Source: Candidatus Dojkabacteria bacterium
GTDB lineage: Bacteria > Patescibacteriota > Dojkabacteria > SC72 > JAHDCA01
Assembly: GCA_030583845.1 (NCBI GenBank)
Contig: CP129478.1
Span: 513,835-577,834 of the forward strand
Direction: 5' to 3'
Length of the DNA stretch: 64,000 nt
The notes beneath the pieces were generated by a model that was not told the DNA's origin, searched no databases, and worked only from the letters and a program-made list of their open reading frames with translations. Shown here piece after piece: positions 1-9,102 of this stretch. The first letter of the stretch is position 1. Every line of letters starts with the position of its first letter. The position numbers and the translations under genes are program-made.

Positions 1-186
1 GAAGTGGATGATGTTGTGGTTTCATTTGATAAATACCAGGGCGATTACGATAAAATTCCTGAGTTTATGACTATCGAGGCGGATGATGAAGATGAGGTGT
101 ATGAATGGGCAGAAAGGCTTGGATATGCGAAGAAGGATTGTGTGGCAATTTCTATCATTGACCTAATCAATAAGTATCACAAGTAG
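1..186 (+). CDS. hypothetical protein, C-terminal fragment (ORF open at window start)
   Basis: Open frame from base 1 to stop at 184-186; acidic small C-terminus; no recognisable motif. Confidence 0.3.
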   Translation, partial: EVDDVVVSFDKYQGDYDKIPEFMTIEADDEDEVYEWAERLGYAKKDCVAISIIDLINKYHK

Positions 187-933
187 ATGTCATTTGAAAA
201 TCGCGGATCACCCAAACTAAAGCCATACCTGAAGAAACTGGACTACTCATATGCATTAGGGATTGAACCTACCCTCGATCTGATGAAGCACCAGCCCGAC
301 CGGGTTATGAAAGTGCTTTTCCGCGACGGAGCAGATGAAAACGAGCCTGGTTGGAGAGATGTAATGAAATTCTGCGTGGAAAATAGGATTGAGTATGAGT
401 TCAACTACAAGGCGATCGATAAGATTTCGTATATCAAGACCACTTCAGTAATTGGGATTTATCATAAGTATCAGCCCGAATTAGACCCTTCGCACAATCA
501 TGTGGTGCTAGTTAACCCTATGAATATGGGAAATATCGGCACTGTGATGCGTAGTATGGCGGCATTTGGATTTCATGATCTCGCAATAATCCGCCCTGGG
601 GTAGATATCTTTGACCCGAAGGCGGTTCGTGGGTCGATGGGGGCATTTTTTCAGCATCGGTTTGAGTATTTCGAGGACTTTGAGGCGTACTCGACGCGGT
701 TTGGTGGACATGCGCTCTATCCATTTGTGCTGGGTGGATCGGCAAATCTTGTTGAGGTTGGAATTAAGTCGCCATATGCGCTGATTTTTGGTAATGAAAC
801 GAATGGACTTGGTGATGAGTATAAGCAGGTGGGTACACCGGTTTATATACCTCATTCTGTGAATGTGGAATCGCTCAATCTTTCTGTGGCCGCCTCTGTA
901 GCGATGTTTACCCTGTACTCGAGGGCTATATAG
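187..933 (+). CDS. SpoU/TrmH-family RNA 2-prime-O-methyltransferase (RlmB-like)
   Basis: C-terminal SPOUT motifs LVNPMNMGNIGTVMRSMAAFG, IFGNETNGL, SLNLSVAASVAMF; N-terminal substrate-binding-like domain; about 248 aa as in RlmB. Confidence 0.75.
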   Translation: MSFENRGSPKLKPYLKKLDYSYALGIEPTLDLMKHQPDRVMKVLFRDGADENEPGWRDVMKFCVENRIEYEFNYKAIDKISYIKTTSVIGIYHKYQPELDPSHNHVVLVNPMNMGNIGTVMRSMAAFGFHDLAIIRPGVDIFDPKAVRGSMGAFFQHRFEYFEDFEAYSTRFGGHALYPFVLGGSANLVEVGIKSPYALIFGNETNGLGDEYKQVGTPVYIPHSVNVESLNLSVAASVAMFTLYSRAI

Positions 934-936
934 AAT

Positions 937-1084
937 GGGGCGTCCCGGAACCGGGACGCCCTGGTTGGGTCAGCCCTAAACTGCTCAGACCCTCCGACCA
1001 CCCGACCACTTGCTTCGCAAGTGGGTCGGGCGAGTGGTCGGAGGGTCTGAGCTCTTAATCTCGGAGCAACACTGGGCTGACCTG
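937..1084. repeat. composite GC-rich palindromic repeat (REP-like): hairpin GGGCGTCCCGG-N3-CCGGGACGCCC (937-961) followed by an outer GGTCAGCCC/GGGCTGACC pair enclosing an imperfect long palindrome built on CTCAGACCC...GGGTCTGAG (984-1053)
   Basis: Direct reading of inverted symmetry; the same modules recur at 23595-23648, 24645-24668, 51628-51652 and 63336-63359. Confidence 0.55.
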
Positions 1085-1106
1085 CTGAAGTGGAGTATAC
1101 TTAAGG

Positions 1107-1637
1107 ATGTCTGACAACAATCACTCTTACACATTGGATCAGATCGAGGAGCTCGCCACAAAGGTGCGTGAGCGATTTAATATACCCAGCAGCAATTTCG
1201 TAGATGTAACTGAACTAGCCGACTCGCTCGGTTATGATGTATATGATGCAGAATTCGAGGTAGACGATATTGTCAGCACCCTGTGCGATGAAGATGACGA
1301 GGGCGAAAAGACAATCTATGTAAATCAGAAGCTCGACGAGTCAGAAAAGCGCTTTAATATTGCCAATCAGGTCGCACATGTCGTGTTAAATCACCACGCT
1401 TCCCTCCAGTCAAACGAGTATCTTGTCGAGTATCGCCCAAGGTATAAAGGGGTCTCCGACACACTCCAATATGGTGAGAAAATGCAGGCTATACTATTGG
1501 CGGCAGCTATCTTATTGCCGCATGATCTCGTAGTAAGTGCCTGGGGAAAATATAAAAATGTGGACATTATCGCAGAATACTTTAAAGTGCCGAAAAAGCT
1601 TGCAGTCGTACGCCTTGACGCATTGGGGTTAATATAA
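1107..1637 (+). CDS. hypothetical protein (weak ImmA/IrrE-like region AHVVLNHH, no clear HExxH)
   Basis: 176 aa ORF, acidic N-terminal half; the only motif resemblance is degenerate. Confidence 0.4.
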   Translation: MSDNNHSYTLDQIEELATKVRERFNIPSSNFVDVTELADSLGYDVYDAEFEVDDIVSTLCDEDDEGEKTIYVNQKLDESEKRFNIANQVAHVVLNHHASLQSNEYLVEYRPRYKGVSDTLQYGEKMQAILLAAAILLPHDLVVSAWGKYKNVDIIAEYFKVPKKLAVVRLDALGLI

Positions 1638-1649
1638 GAGTGTAAATAT

Positions 1650-2132
1650 ATGGCAGAAACTAGTGGGGAAACAAAGAGAGAAAAGCAGAAGGTAGCCGAG
1701 AAGATATTGCCACAGATACGCGATGAGGTCATGGCTGTTGCGACTGAACAGTCGGCTCCAACTCCAGTAGCACCTCCGCTACCAGTTGTGAATAAAACGA
1801 AGCGTACCAACGACCTTCAATATTTCCAGGAGGATTTCTCGAAATATCTACGAAGCATCATCCAGCTCCGCGACAAGTATGCTAACCGTCTTTATGCACT
1901 GCTGGTTTTTGAGATTGCGGTAATGTTTTTGTTTGTAATGTTGGCAGGGCTTGGGGTGCTCGAGCTAGAGCAGTGGCTGGTGCTGATTGTGGCGGAGTCG
2001 ATAATCGTGAAAACATTTCTCACAATACAGATTATTGTAAAGAATCTATTCCCGAACAAAAATCTGCTAGAATTGCTTATACAGGGCAGCGGTAGAAGTG
2101 TGTCGGAAGGGACATCTGAATCGGAAGAGTGA
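1650..2132 (+). CDS. hypothetical membrane protein
   Basis: C-terminal hydrophobic helices (LYALLVFEIAVMFLFVMLAGLGVL, IVAESIIVKTFLTIQIIV). Confidence 0.4.
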   Translation: MAETSGETKREKQKVAEKILPQIRDEVMAVATEQSAPTPVAPPLPVVNKTKRTNDLQYFQEDFSKYLRSIIQLRDKYANRLYALLVFEIAVMFLFVMLAGLGVLELEQWLVLIVAESIIVKTFLTIQIIVKNLFPNKNLLELLIQGSGRSVSEGTSESEE

Positions 2133-2187
2133 GCTCTTCGGGCTGAAAGTATGGGGCAGGGTAGTCAATAAGTTTAGTTATGGGAAA

Positions 2188-3165
2188 ATGTACAACGACC
2201 CAGCAATCGCAAATCTTCTCGAGCCAACTGGCACGCAGGCATCACCAGGTGAGCCAGCCAATTCTCGTGATATTGCCAAATTTTTCATTAAACGCGGCTA
2301 TGAAGTAATGGGCATCAACCAGATATGGAAAAGCGTCACCGGCCACCTAAAGAAAGATGGTGTTGAGTACTATCTTAAGTTGGCGAACAGCGGTGCAAGC
2401 TCCGAGCTTATCAAAAACGAGATCTCCTGGAATGAGACAATTCACAAATTAGCCACAGAAAAAGGCTTCGACAGGCTTATCGTCCCAGGGATAGAGGATC
2501 AAGGTGAATATGAGGGTAGTGTATTTTTCTTGACCAAGTACTACTTTGGCACACCGCTAGCCAATAAGAACTATACAAAAGTCGGGGATATAGCCAAGTA
2601 TGCGGACACAATTATCGACATTGCGCACCTGATAAATGATGGTGGAGTTGTACCTCTATCGATTGATAGTCAGCACAAGCAGAAAGATGGCTTAAAAGAG
2701 CATGAGATGCAAGGCTTCCTCAATGTGGCAAAAGGGTATGCTGCCGAGATAAAAGAGAATGATATGGCACCGTTACTAGCTATTGTCGATGAATACCAGA
2801 AGGCATTTGACTTCTCGCTCTGTCACAATTCGTTTGAGCCAAAAGAGATGATTCCAGAGGGTGACAAGATTGTTCTGATCGATGCAGAGCAGGCGAGCGC
2901 ATATTCGCCGAAGTATTACGACATTGCATACTTCTTTACCAAGACTTATGTCGCTGGAAGATTGCCCGACGTAGCAAAGGATCTTATACGTAAGTTTAAA
3001 GAGAAGCTCAGCGATGATGAGAAATCTGCCTTCGATGGGCTGGTGCGTCCGTCAATTGCGCTAAGCGCCATTCACTGCTTCCTCAAATCTGAGCAGGATG
3101 GCAACCACTTCTTCGAGTATCACAACAAATTCTTAGAAGAATTTAAAGCAGGTCTTCCATACTAG
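2188..3165 (+). CDS. phosphotransferase-family protein (APH/choline-kinase-like kinase fold)
   Basis: Catalytic-loop-like LCHNSFEPKEMI (compare HGDxHPGN) and VLIDAEQAS (compare IDxE); start placed at ATG 2188 to avoid overlapping the upstream gene (track ORF begins 2098). Confidence 0.55.
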   Translation: MYNDPAIANLLEPTGTQASPGEPANSRDIAKFFIKRGYEVMGINQIWKSVTGHLKKDGVEYYLKLANSGASSELIKNEISWNETIHKLATEKGFDRLIVPGIEDQGEYEGSVFFLTKYYFGTPLANKNYTKVGDIAKYADTIIDIAHLINDGGVVPLSIDSQHKQKDGLKEHEMQGFLNVAKGYAAEIKENDMAPLLAIVDEYQKAFDFSLCHNSFEPKEMIPEGDKIVLIDAEQASAYSPKYYDIAYFFTKTYVAGRLPDVAKDLIRKFKEKLSDDEKSAFDGLVRPSIALSAIHCFLKSEQDGNHFFEYHNKFLEEFKAGLPY

Positions 3166-3328
3166 TCTGATGGTAGACCCCGCCTATTTAAACTAGATTG
3201 TTCTGCCGACGCACTGTGTTGTCTATTCTGCTTTTGCAGAGGTATTTGTGTGAAAGGTGGATTATAGGTTTGAGATTGGGGAGCTTTTTCATTAAAATTC
3301 TTGAATAGGGACTCTTCAGCTATAGAAT

Positions 3329-3358
3329 ACTCCGGGATAAAAGCCGGAGTTTTCTTTT
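3329..3358 (+). terminator. rho-independent terminator after the kinase-like gene
   Basis: Stem ACTCCGG/CCGGAGT with 8-nt loop followed by TTTTCTTTT. Confidence 0.5.
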
Positions 3359-3425
3359 AGGTAAACAAGATGATGATGGTGAAATTTACTATCTGTTCGA
3401 AAAGGTCATCGAGCGTTAAAAATTA

Positions 3426-4274
3426 ATGAACCAGACCCCGATACAGAATTACAATTTACAATCCACCCTGCTTGGTGGGCAATCTTTCGGCTGGGATAAG
3501 GTCGGGGAGTGGTTTTACGGCTTCACTACCGAGGGTGCTGCAAAGTTAAAAATTCATGAAGATAATCTTATCTGGCAGACATATCCTGTAAGCGACAATT
3601 GGGAATGGCTGAGCAATTATCTAGGCTTGAGCCGAAATTATGAAAAGATCATTAAATTGATCGCAAAAGATGAGCACTTGATTGCCGCGATCGAAGCCTA
3701 TCCAGGATTGAGACTGTTAGAACAGCCTTTTGAAGACACTCTGGTTGGCTTTATCTGCTCATCCACCAAAAGCATTCCAGGAATCAGGCAGTGTGTTCGG
3801 CTAATGGCATCACGTTATGGAGAGAAAGTAGTTATTAATGATGAATATTTTAATGAAATTTCACTCTTTCCGAAATTAGAGCGACTTCATGAAATCTCAG
3901 AAGCTGAATTGCGCGAGTCAAAGGTAGGCTTCAGGGCGAAATACCTGAAAGCAGCAGCTGAGCAGATGGTAGACCATGATCTATCAGGAGAAATTACCAA
4001 AAGCGGGACAGCCTCCCAAGCACGTGAAAAATTAATGAAAATCCCAGGAGTAGGGGATAAAGTGGCCGACTGCGTGCTCGTTTATGGGCTGCAATTTCAT
4101 GAAGTCACACCGTTTGATATCTGGGGGCAGCGTTTTGTGCAGAAGTATTACGGACTACCTGAAAATGCGAAGTATTCACAGATGCGAGAGTGGTCGGAGA
4201 GCTATCTTGGGGAGTATGCGGGTTGGGCTGGGCAGTTTCTTTTTGAGTATATTCGGAATATTGATTGGAGGTGA
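3426..4274 (+). CDS. ogg: 8-oxoguanine DNA glycosylase/AP lyase, OGG1 type
   Basis: N-terminal LLGGQSFGW (OGG1 LPSGQSFRW); FICSS; HhH-GPD motif KIPGVGDKVADCVLVYGL with catalytic Lys/Asp positions; C-terminal YAGWAGQFLF as in OGG1. Confidence 0.8.
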   Translation: MNQTPIQNYNLQSTLLGGQSFGWDKVGEWFYGFTTEGAAKLKIHEDNLIWQTYPVSDNWEWLSNYLGLSRNYEKIIKLIAKDEHLIAAIEAYPGLRLLEQPFEDTLVGFICSSTKSIPGIRQCVRLMASRYGEKVVINDEYFNEISLFPKLERLHEISEAELRESKVGFRAKYLKAAAEQMVDHDLSGEITKSGTASQAREKLMKIPGVGDKVADCVLVYGLQFHEVTPFDIWGQRFVQKYYGLPENAKYSQMREWSESYLGEYAGWAGQFLFEYIRNIDWR

Positions 4275-4351
4275 GGGCATATTGTATTAGCATTGACGGG
4301 TACCTATTAATATGCTACGATACCTAATGCTAATATATACGTCATAATACT

Positions 4352-4612
4352 GTGGAGTTAGCTACAAGCATAACAAGTCAGGGACAAGTAACGATTCCCG
4401 TAAGTATCAGAAGGCATTTGGGATTAAGGCCATCTGATAAGGTCGAGTTCCTAAAAGAGAATGGTAGAGTCTATATAAAGCCATCAAAGGACTTTCTGCA
4501 GCTTAAGGGCACTCTAAAAAGTAAGCGCAAGTATACAGATTCTGAATTAGATAAGTTGATACTTGAACAGGTCGCCCATGAGCAGAAGAAAAAAGTCGCT
4601 AATCGACACTAA
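4352..4612 (+). CDS. vapB: AbrB/SpoVT-type antitoxin (VapB-like), GTG start
   Basis: SpoVT/AbrB-like swapped-hairpin signature QVTIPVSIRRHLGL...KVEF; directly upstream of and overlapping a PIN gene. Confidence 0.55.
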   Translation: MELATSITSQGQVTIPVSIRRHLGLRPSDKVEFLKENGRVYIKPSKDFLQLKGTLKSKRKYTDSELDKLILEQVAHEQKKKVANRH

Positions 4613-4991
4613 CATTCTCCTTCGCTTTCTCACTCAAGATGTTAAAAGTCAGGCAGATGCAGCCGAGAGACTTTTCGAGAGCAGTGAGGATGGGTCACTG
4701 TTCATACCGGATCTCGTAGTTGCCGAAATTGTCTTCATTCTCCAATCTTCCGCTTACGGGAAAGATAGAGGTGAGATCGCTCAAATCATAAGTGGTATCG
4801 CTAATTTCAAGAAATTTGACCTAGACAGGACGCTTATACTTAGGTCAATTGACATCTACCAATCCAGCGCGCTGTCGTTTACCGATTCATATATTGTTGC
4901 ACACGCCCAGTTGGGCAGAAATGATACTGTGTATACATTTGATCGTAAGATGCACAGGTCGGAGCCTTCGAGTGTAAAGATTCCAAGCTAG
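4563..4991 (+). CDS. vapC: PIN-domain toxin VapC
   Basis: N-terminal LIDTNILLRFL with acidic residues spaced as in PIN; 142 aa; C-terminal TFDRK; overlaps the antitoxin ORF. Confidence 0.65.
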   Translation: MNRSPMSRRKKSLIDTNILLRFLTQDVKSQADAAERLFESSEDGSLFIPDLVVAEIVFILQSSAYGKDRGEIAQIISGIANFKKFDLDRTLILRSIDIYQSSALSFTDSYIVAHAQLGRNDTVYTFDRKMHRSEPSSVKIPS

Positions 4992-5578
4992 CTCGTGATC
5001 GTATAGTGGTCGTACTTATATCCACTATGATCCTCAGCCGGTATAGTAAGCAATCTCAGGTAGAGCCAAAATAGTTGTACAAATACCGCTCCTGTGTACC
5101 TATCTAGTTCTTTGATTATATCTTGATATAGTGAAAGCTCGTCAGGAGAGAGTGGCTGACACGGGTTAGCCAGTGCAAATTCCTGAACCTTAAGCCAGTG
5201 AGTGAACCGTATTCGTTCTTCCTCAAACCGCTGCTTGTCAAATTGTCCGGGTAACAAGTGATGAAGTCCACACTCACCGATAATTCTTTTTGCATCTTCA
5301 ACCTGCTCAGCGAAGTGAGGAAAGCTCATCCAAACTGAAAAAGCATCGTTCGCTTGTACCGTATCAGGGTCAATACATTCGGCGCGAAAGCCTAAATTGT
5401 TTATCACTAAATTTTCGTTCTTGATCTGCCATATACAGAACATCAAAGCAGCGTCACCATCAGATAATAAATGCTCATAACATTGATGTCCTACCAATTC
5501 CAACCTCAAAGCCCATAAAACTTCGTCGGCTGGGTTCTTAGGCAATGCAGATTTCAGGAAGCTTTGTTCATCTCCCAT
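4988..5578 (-). CDS. hypothetical protein
   Basis: 196 aa ORF, no recognisable motif. Confidence 0.4.
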   Translation of the reverse strand: MGDEQSFLKSALPKNPADEVLWALRLELVGHQCYEHLLSDGDAALMFCIWQIKNENLVINNLGFRAECIDPDTVQANDAFSVWMSFPHFAEQVEDAKRIIGECGLHHLLPGQFDKQRFEEERIRFTHWLKVQEFALANPCQPLSPDELSLYQDIIKELDRYTGAVFVQLFWLYLRLLTIPAEDHSGYKYDHYTITS

Positions 5579-5642
5579 GTCTAAATATCACTTATCTATA
5601 TGTCCCCACATACATATGAAGCTGTCAATTTTACACCAAAAA

Positions 5643-5651
5643 TGGTATAAT
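5643..5651 (+). promoter_or_regulatory. candidate extended -10 element (TGGTATAAT) for the tmRNA gene
   Basis: TGnTATAAT 12 nt upstream of the tmRNA 5-prime GGGG; a possible -35 TGTCAA lies 17 nt upstream. Confidence 0.3.
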
Positions 5652-5662
5652 AGCACTGTTAT

Positions 5663-6094
5663 GGGGACGTAAGGCTTCGACAGGAGTATTACGTTCAGAG
5701 CCACAAGTGGAGGCTCCAGCTCTGTAAAACTGGAAACGACTGTAAGTGTCGAAAAACTATCAAACGCTTTCAATAAAGTAGTTGCGTTCGTTCAGAACCC
5801 TATGGGTGCTGTTCAGCCTAACTATATGTTTGCGTAAGCAAGCATTTGAAGGTCTAGCCCTGAGGGGCTGGCAATCTTGATTTCTCCTCCCGCTGAGGAA
5901 TCCTGATTGGTCATTAGCGGGATATAGCCTGGTTTGTGATAACTGCGTATCAGGCCGACCACAAAAGTCAGTTGTGCGGCCGCTCTGTTCCGCTAACCTA
6001 ATAGGCGCGGCTTTAAAAACAGGTTAGCTACACTTGTACAATGGTTCTGTACTTAGCTTCTTGGACGTGGGTTCAATTCCCACCGTCTCCACCA
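5663..6094 (+). ncRNA. ssrA: tmRNA (SsrA)
   Basis: 5-prime GGGGACGTAAGGCTTCGACAGG and 3-prime GGACGTGGGTTCAATTCCCACCGTCTCCACCA form a tRNA-Ala-like acceptor/T-arm with a G3:U70 pair and encoded CCA; internal tag ORF GCG..(or GCT at 5808)..AVQPNYMFA-TAA ends at 5837 (NY + hydrophobic tail as in ANDENYALAA); smpB is present at 53417. Confidence 0.75.
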
Positions 6095-6135
6095 TTCTTC
6101 GCTAAAGCTTCGAATGGTCTCGCCTATGGCGAGCC

Positions 6136-6501
6136 ATGAGAAGGTTTACTGAAGAATGGGTGCACTCCATAGCTCGGAGAGCGAAGGAGTGCAGTTTTCA
6201 AAAAATTCACGAACTTTTAATAAGTGTGGCATACAATGATTACAGTATGCGTTACTATGTGTATATCCTAAGAAGTGAGAACTACCCTGATAAAACCTAT
6301 GTGGGTTACACATCCGACTTAAGGCGTAGACTTTATAGACACAATGGCGGATTTGTCGCCTCTACCCAACGATTCCTACCATGGAGGCTTGAGACATATA
6401 TTTCATTTAGTGATAGGCTGATGGCCATGAGATTTGAGAGGTACTTAAAGACAGGTTCTGGTATAGCATTCAAGAGAAAACGATTCTCAAAAAGTAGGTA
6501 A
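6136..6501 (+). CDS. GIY-YIG nuclease-family protein
   Basis: YYVYILRSENYPDKTYVGYTSDLRRRLYRHNGG matches the GIY-YIG core (GIY..YVG..R...H); the core begins at alternative ATG 6247; immediately downstream of tmRNA. Confidence 0.55.
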   Translation: MRRFTEEWVHSIARRAKECSFQKIHELLISVAYNDYSMRYYVYILRSENYPDKTYVGYTSDLRRRLYRHNGGFVASTQRFLPWRLETYISFSDRLMAMRFERYLKTGSGIAFKRKRFSKSR

Positions 6502-6520
6502 GTCCTGCTATAATCCAAAT

Positions 6521-7393
6521 ATGCAAATCATCCGCACAAAGACCAAAGACGGAATACACTACGAAGGAATACTCACAGGCGATCCAGCCACCTCCGACTC
6601 AATAATCATCCACATCCACGGCATGGCCGGAAGCCCAACCCTCAACCAATACTACACAGAAATGTATAAAGATTACCCAGCAGCCGGCTGGCATTTCCTC
6701 GCCGTGACACACAGAGGTACTGGAGTCGCAACCGAATTCACAACTGACGATGGCGCTACAGTTCTTGGTAACGCATATGAAAAATTCGAAGATTGTATTC
6801 ATGATATTGAAGCCTGGGTAAACAAAGCAGCCGAGATGGGTTACAAAAGGATCTGGCTTCAATCCCACAGCCTTGGACCAACGAAAGTAGCCTACTATCT
6901 GAGCCAGACAAAAGACCCGAGAATAGAGGGTGCTATATTTATTAGCCCGTCAGACATGGTGGGCCTCATAAAGTCAGGCAACGAGAGTGAGAATTACAAG
7001 GCGATGATCAGTGAAGCAAATGATCTTGTAAAGCAGGGCAAGGGTGATCAGCTGCTTAGCCAAGATATATGGGGATTGGAGAAGCTATCGGCAGATACCT
7101 ACCTCAATTTCTTCGCAGAGGGTTCGAATCTAGGTGTATTTAACTATAACGGACCAGCTGACGGATGGGGCGTAGTAAACTCACTCACTTTACCGGTGCT
7201 TGCGATAGTTGGGACTGCTGATGTGGGTGTTGTTGAGTCAAAAAACCCGCATGAGGCGATGAAGCAGCTTGAGGGTGAGTTGAAGAATTCGCCAAGGGTG
7301 AAGACGATAGTGTATGAAGGGGCTGATCATAGCTTTGATGGTTTTGGTGGTCGGATTGTGGAAGATGTTTTGGAGTTTGTTAATCAGTCTTAA
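6521..7393 (+). CDS. alpha/beta-fold hydrolase
   Basis: HGMAGSP oxyanion region, nucleophile elbow SHSLG, C-terminal GADHSF (His of triad). Confidence 0.6.
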   Translation: MQIIRTKTKDGIHYEGILTGDPATSDSIIIHIHGMAGSPTLNQYYTEMYKDYPAAGWHFLAVTHRGTGVATEFTTDDGATVLGNAYEKFEDCIHDIEAWVNKAAEMGYKRIWLQSHSLGPTKVAYYLSQTKDPRIEGAIFISPSDMVGLIKSGNESENYKAMISEANDLVKQGKGDQLLSQDIWGLEKLSADTYLNFFAEGSNLGVFNYNGPADGWGVVNSLTLPVLAIVGTADVGVVESKNPHEAMKQLEGELKNSPRVKTIVYEGADHSFDGFGGRIVEDVLEFVNQS

Positions 7394-7482
7394 TGGCTAC
7401 TGGATTGCTACTGCCAGAATCTCTCCGATCCACTAAAAACTGAACTGATGTATAATCCAATATCATTTTACCCACCAACCCC

Positions 7483-7920
7483 ATGACACAAGAAAGAAAC
7501 AAAATATTCGCTGCCGTCTACCTCATACTCCTCAGAGACAAGAAAGTCGCAATGATCAGGCGATACAACACAGGATACCAAGATGGGAATTTCACACTAC
7601 CTTCAGGCCATATCGATGCAGGTGAGTCTGCCATTGCAGCAACCCTCAGGGAAGCAAAAGAAGAAACAGGCGTAGATGTTCAGCCTGAAACACTCAATCT
7701 CGCACATCTCATCCATAGAAACTCCACGGACAGAGTGTATGCCGATTTCTATTTCGTCACTGAGAGTTGGGATGGTGAGCCAGTGAATAACGAGCCCGAG
7801 AAAGCTGATCGGCTAGAATGGTTTGACCTCAATGATCTGCCGCAGAATATTATCCCGGATGTGAAGACGGCTATTGAGCTGTTTAGCAAGGGGGATAATT
7901 ACTCGGAGTTTGGGTGGTAG
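7483..7920 (+). CDS. NUDIX hydrolase
   Basis: Perfect Nudix box GHIDAGESAIAATLREAKEETGV. Confidence 0.8.
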   Translation: MTQERNKIFAAVYLILLRDKKVAMIRRYNTGYQDGNFTLPSGHIDAGESAIAATLREAKEETGVDVQPETLNLAHLIHRNSTDRVYADFYFVTESWDGEPVNNEPEKADRLEWFDLNDLPQNIIPDVKTAIELFSKGDNYSEFGW

Positions 7921-7921
7921 T

Positions 7922-8371
7922 CTACCCCTGCCCCCAATCCAACAAATCCGTAAACCTCAAGTAATACCCAAACGGATCCTCCATCCGAAAATCATACCAA
8001 ACATGCTCATGATCCCTCTTCTCCTTCATCTCCTGCACCACAAATTTCCCAAGCACACCCTGAACCTCACCATACTTCTTCCTCACATCCTTCACTGGCA
8101 CAGTTAGCTCAACACCATACCCCCTCTTCGTATCCCTCGGAAAATTCTTAAAATATGACTGATCATACACCTTCTCATCCCCACCATAGAAAGCTAGTAG
8201 GGTATCCCCAGCCGGATCTTTATGAACCATCGTCAAATATCCGCAATACTCCTCTGTAATCGGGTCTTCAACAGCGATCTTGAAACCTAGCTTGCCATAG
8301 AAATCTTTGGCGACATTGAAATCGGGTATATGGAGCTCGAGGAGGAGGTTGTTGTTGAGTGGTTTGTTCAT
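7922..8371 (-). CDS. VOC-family (glyoxalase/bleomycin-resistance fold) protein
   Basis: N-terminal LHIPDFNVAKDFYGKLGFKI beta-alpha-beta-beta-beta module; 149 aa. Confidence 0.55.
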   Translation of the reverse strand: MNKPLNNNLLLELHIPDFNVAKDFYGKLGFKIAVEDPITEEYCGYLTMVHKDPAGDTLLAFYGGDEKVYDQSYFKNFPRDTKRGYGVELTVPVKDVRKKYGEVQGVLGKFVVQEMKEKRDHEHVWYDFRMEDPFGYYLRFTDLLDWGQG

Positions 8372-8529
8372 GGTTAATTATAGGCTGAAAAGTCGATCAT
8401 TTCCATCGAACGTGCTCATCTTCTCTCATGATCAACGGTCGATTTGTATTTCGGCTATGGGCGTCGCTATTTTAGTTGTTGCGTGCTATAATCGGTAACT
8501 GCTATAGGCTAAGCTAAGCACAAGGAAAT

Positions 8530-9102
8530 ATGACTATTTTTACCGGTTTGAACAAGAACGTATCTGAAAAGGTGGGGCTTGTGGGTCGAGAGGTTTTCTC
8601 ACAGATAGGTTCTGATGACTACTACAGAAAAGGTAAGATCAATTCTAACCAAGGAGACTGGTACTTCCAGTATAAAGCAGGGCGATCTGCCGGAAAAGGC
8701 ATAAAGCTACAGAGAGTGGTAAACGATGTGCCTAGATTAGGTGCGCGTGAAATTACTGATCGTAAAGAGCTGGTATTCAATACGGCGACTGGAAGAGTAA
8801 CTATGGGAACTGCGCAGGTGTACACAAGATCGTCCAATGGGGATCGCGAGGTACACCCACGAGTATATTGCTTATCCTTGTATGAAATGGATGTATGCAT
8901 AGGCCAGTATAGGTGCGGCTTTGATTCGACAGAACAGGAGTGGGCAGCGACCTTATCAGACGGATCAGTCAGTGCTGATGATGTACGAGCTGTGTTATTA
9001 CCGTTCTGGGATGAGCATGGTTGGTTGGTGCTTGTAACTCCACACATGCAGGAAGCTGACCAATCTATTGCTTCATTGCTCAAGCACGAGCAGTATCGCT
9101 AG
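8530..9102 (+). CDS. hypothetical protein
   Basis: 190 aa ORF, no motif recognised; borders the degraded region. Confidence 0.35.
   Translation: MTIFTGLNKNVSEKVGLVGREVFSQIGSDDYYRKGKINSNQGDWYFQYKAGRSAGKGIKLQRVVNDVPRLGAREITDRKELVFNTATGRVTMGTAQVYTRSSNGDREVHPRVYCLSLYEMDVCIGQYRCGFDSTEQEWAATLSDGSVSADDVRAVLLPFWDEHGWLVLVTPHMQEADQSIASLLKHEQYR

Noticed and set aside
508-855. Antisense ORFs (115 aa and 75 aa) inside the SpoU methyltransferase gene
   Set aside because: Fully embedded opposite a well-supported CDS with clear family motifs; likely spurious
5588-5773. 61-aa minus-strand ORF and the start region of the 6136 ORF overlapping the tmRNA locus
   Set aside because: Region is better explained by the structured tmRNA (canonical 5-prime/3-prime ends and tag frame); ORF is probably noise
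8307-8498. 63-aa ORF overlapping the VOC-family gene start region
   Set aside because: Overlaps the upstream region/5-prime end of a better-supported gene on the opposite strand; no features
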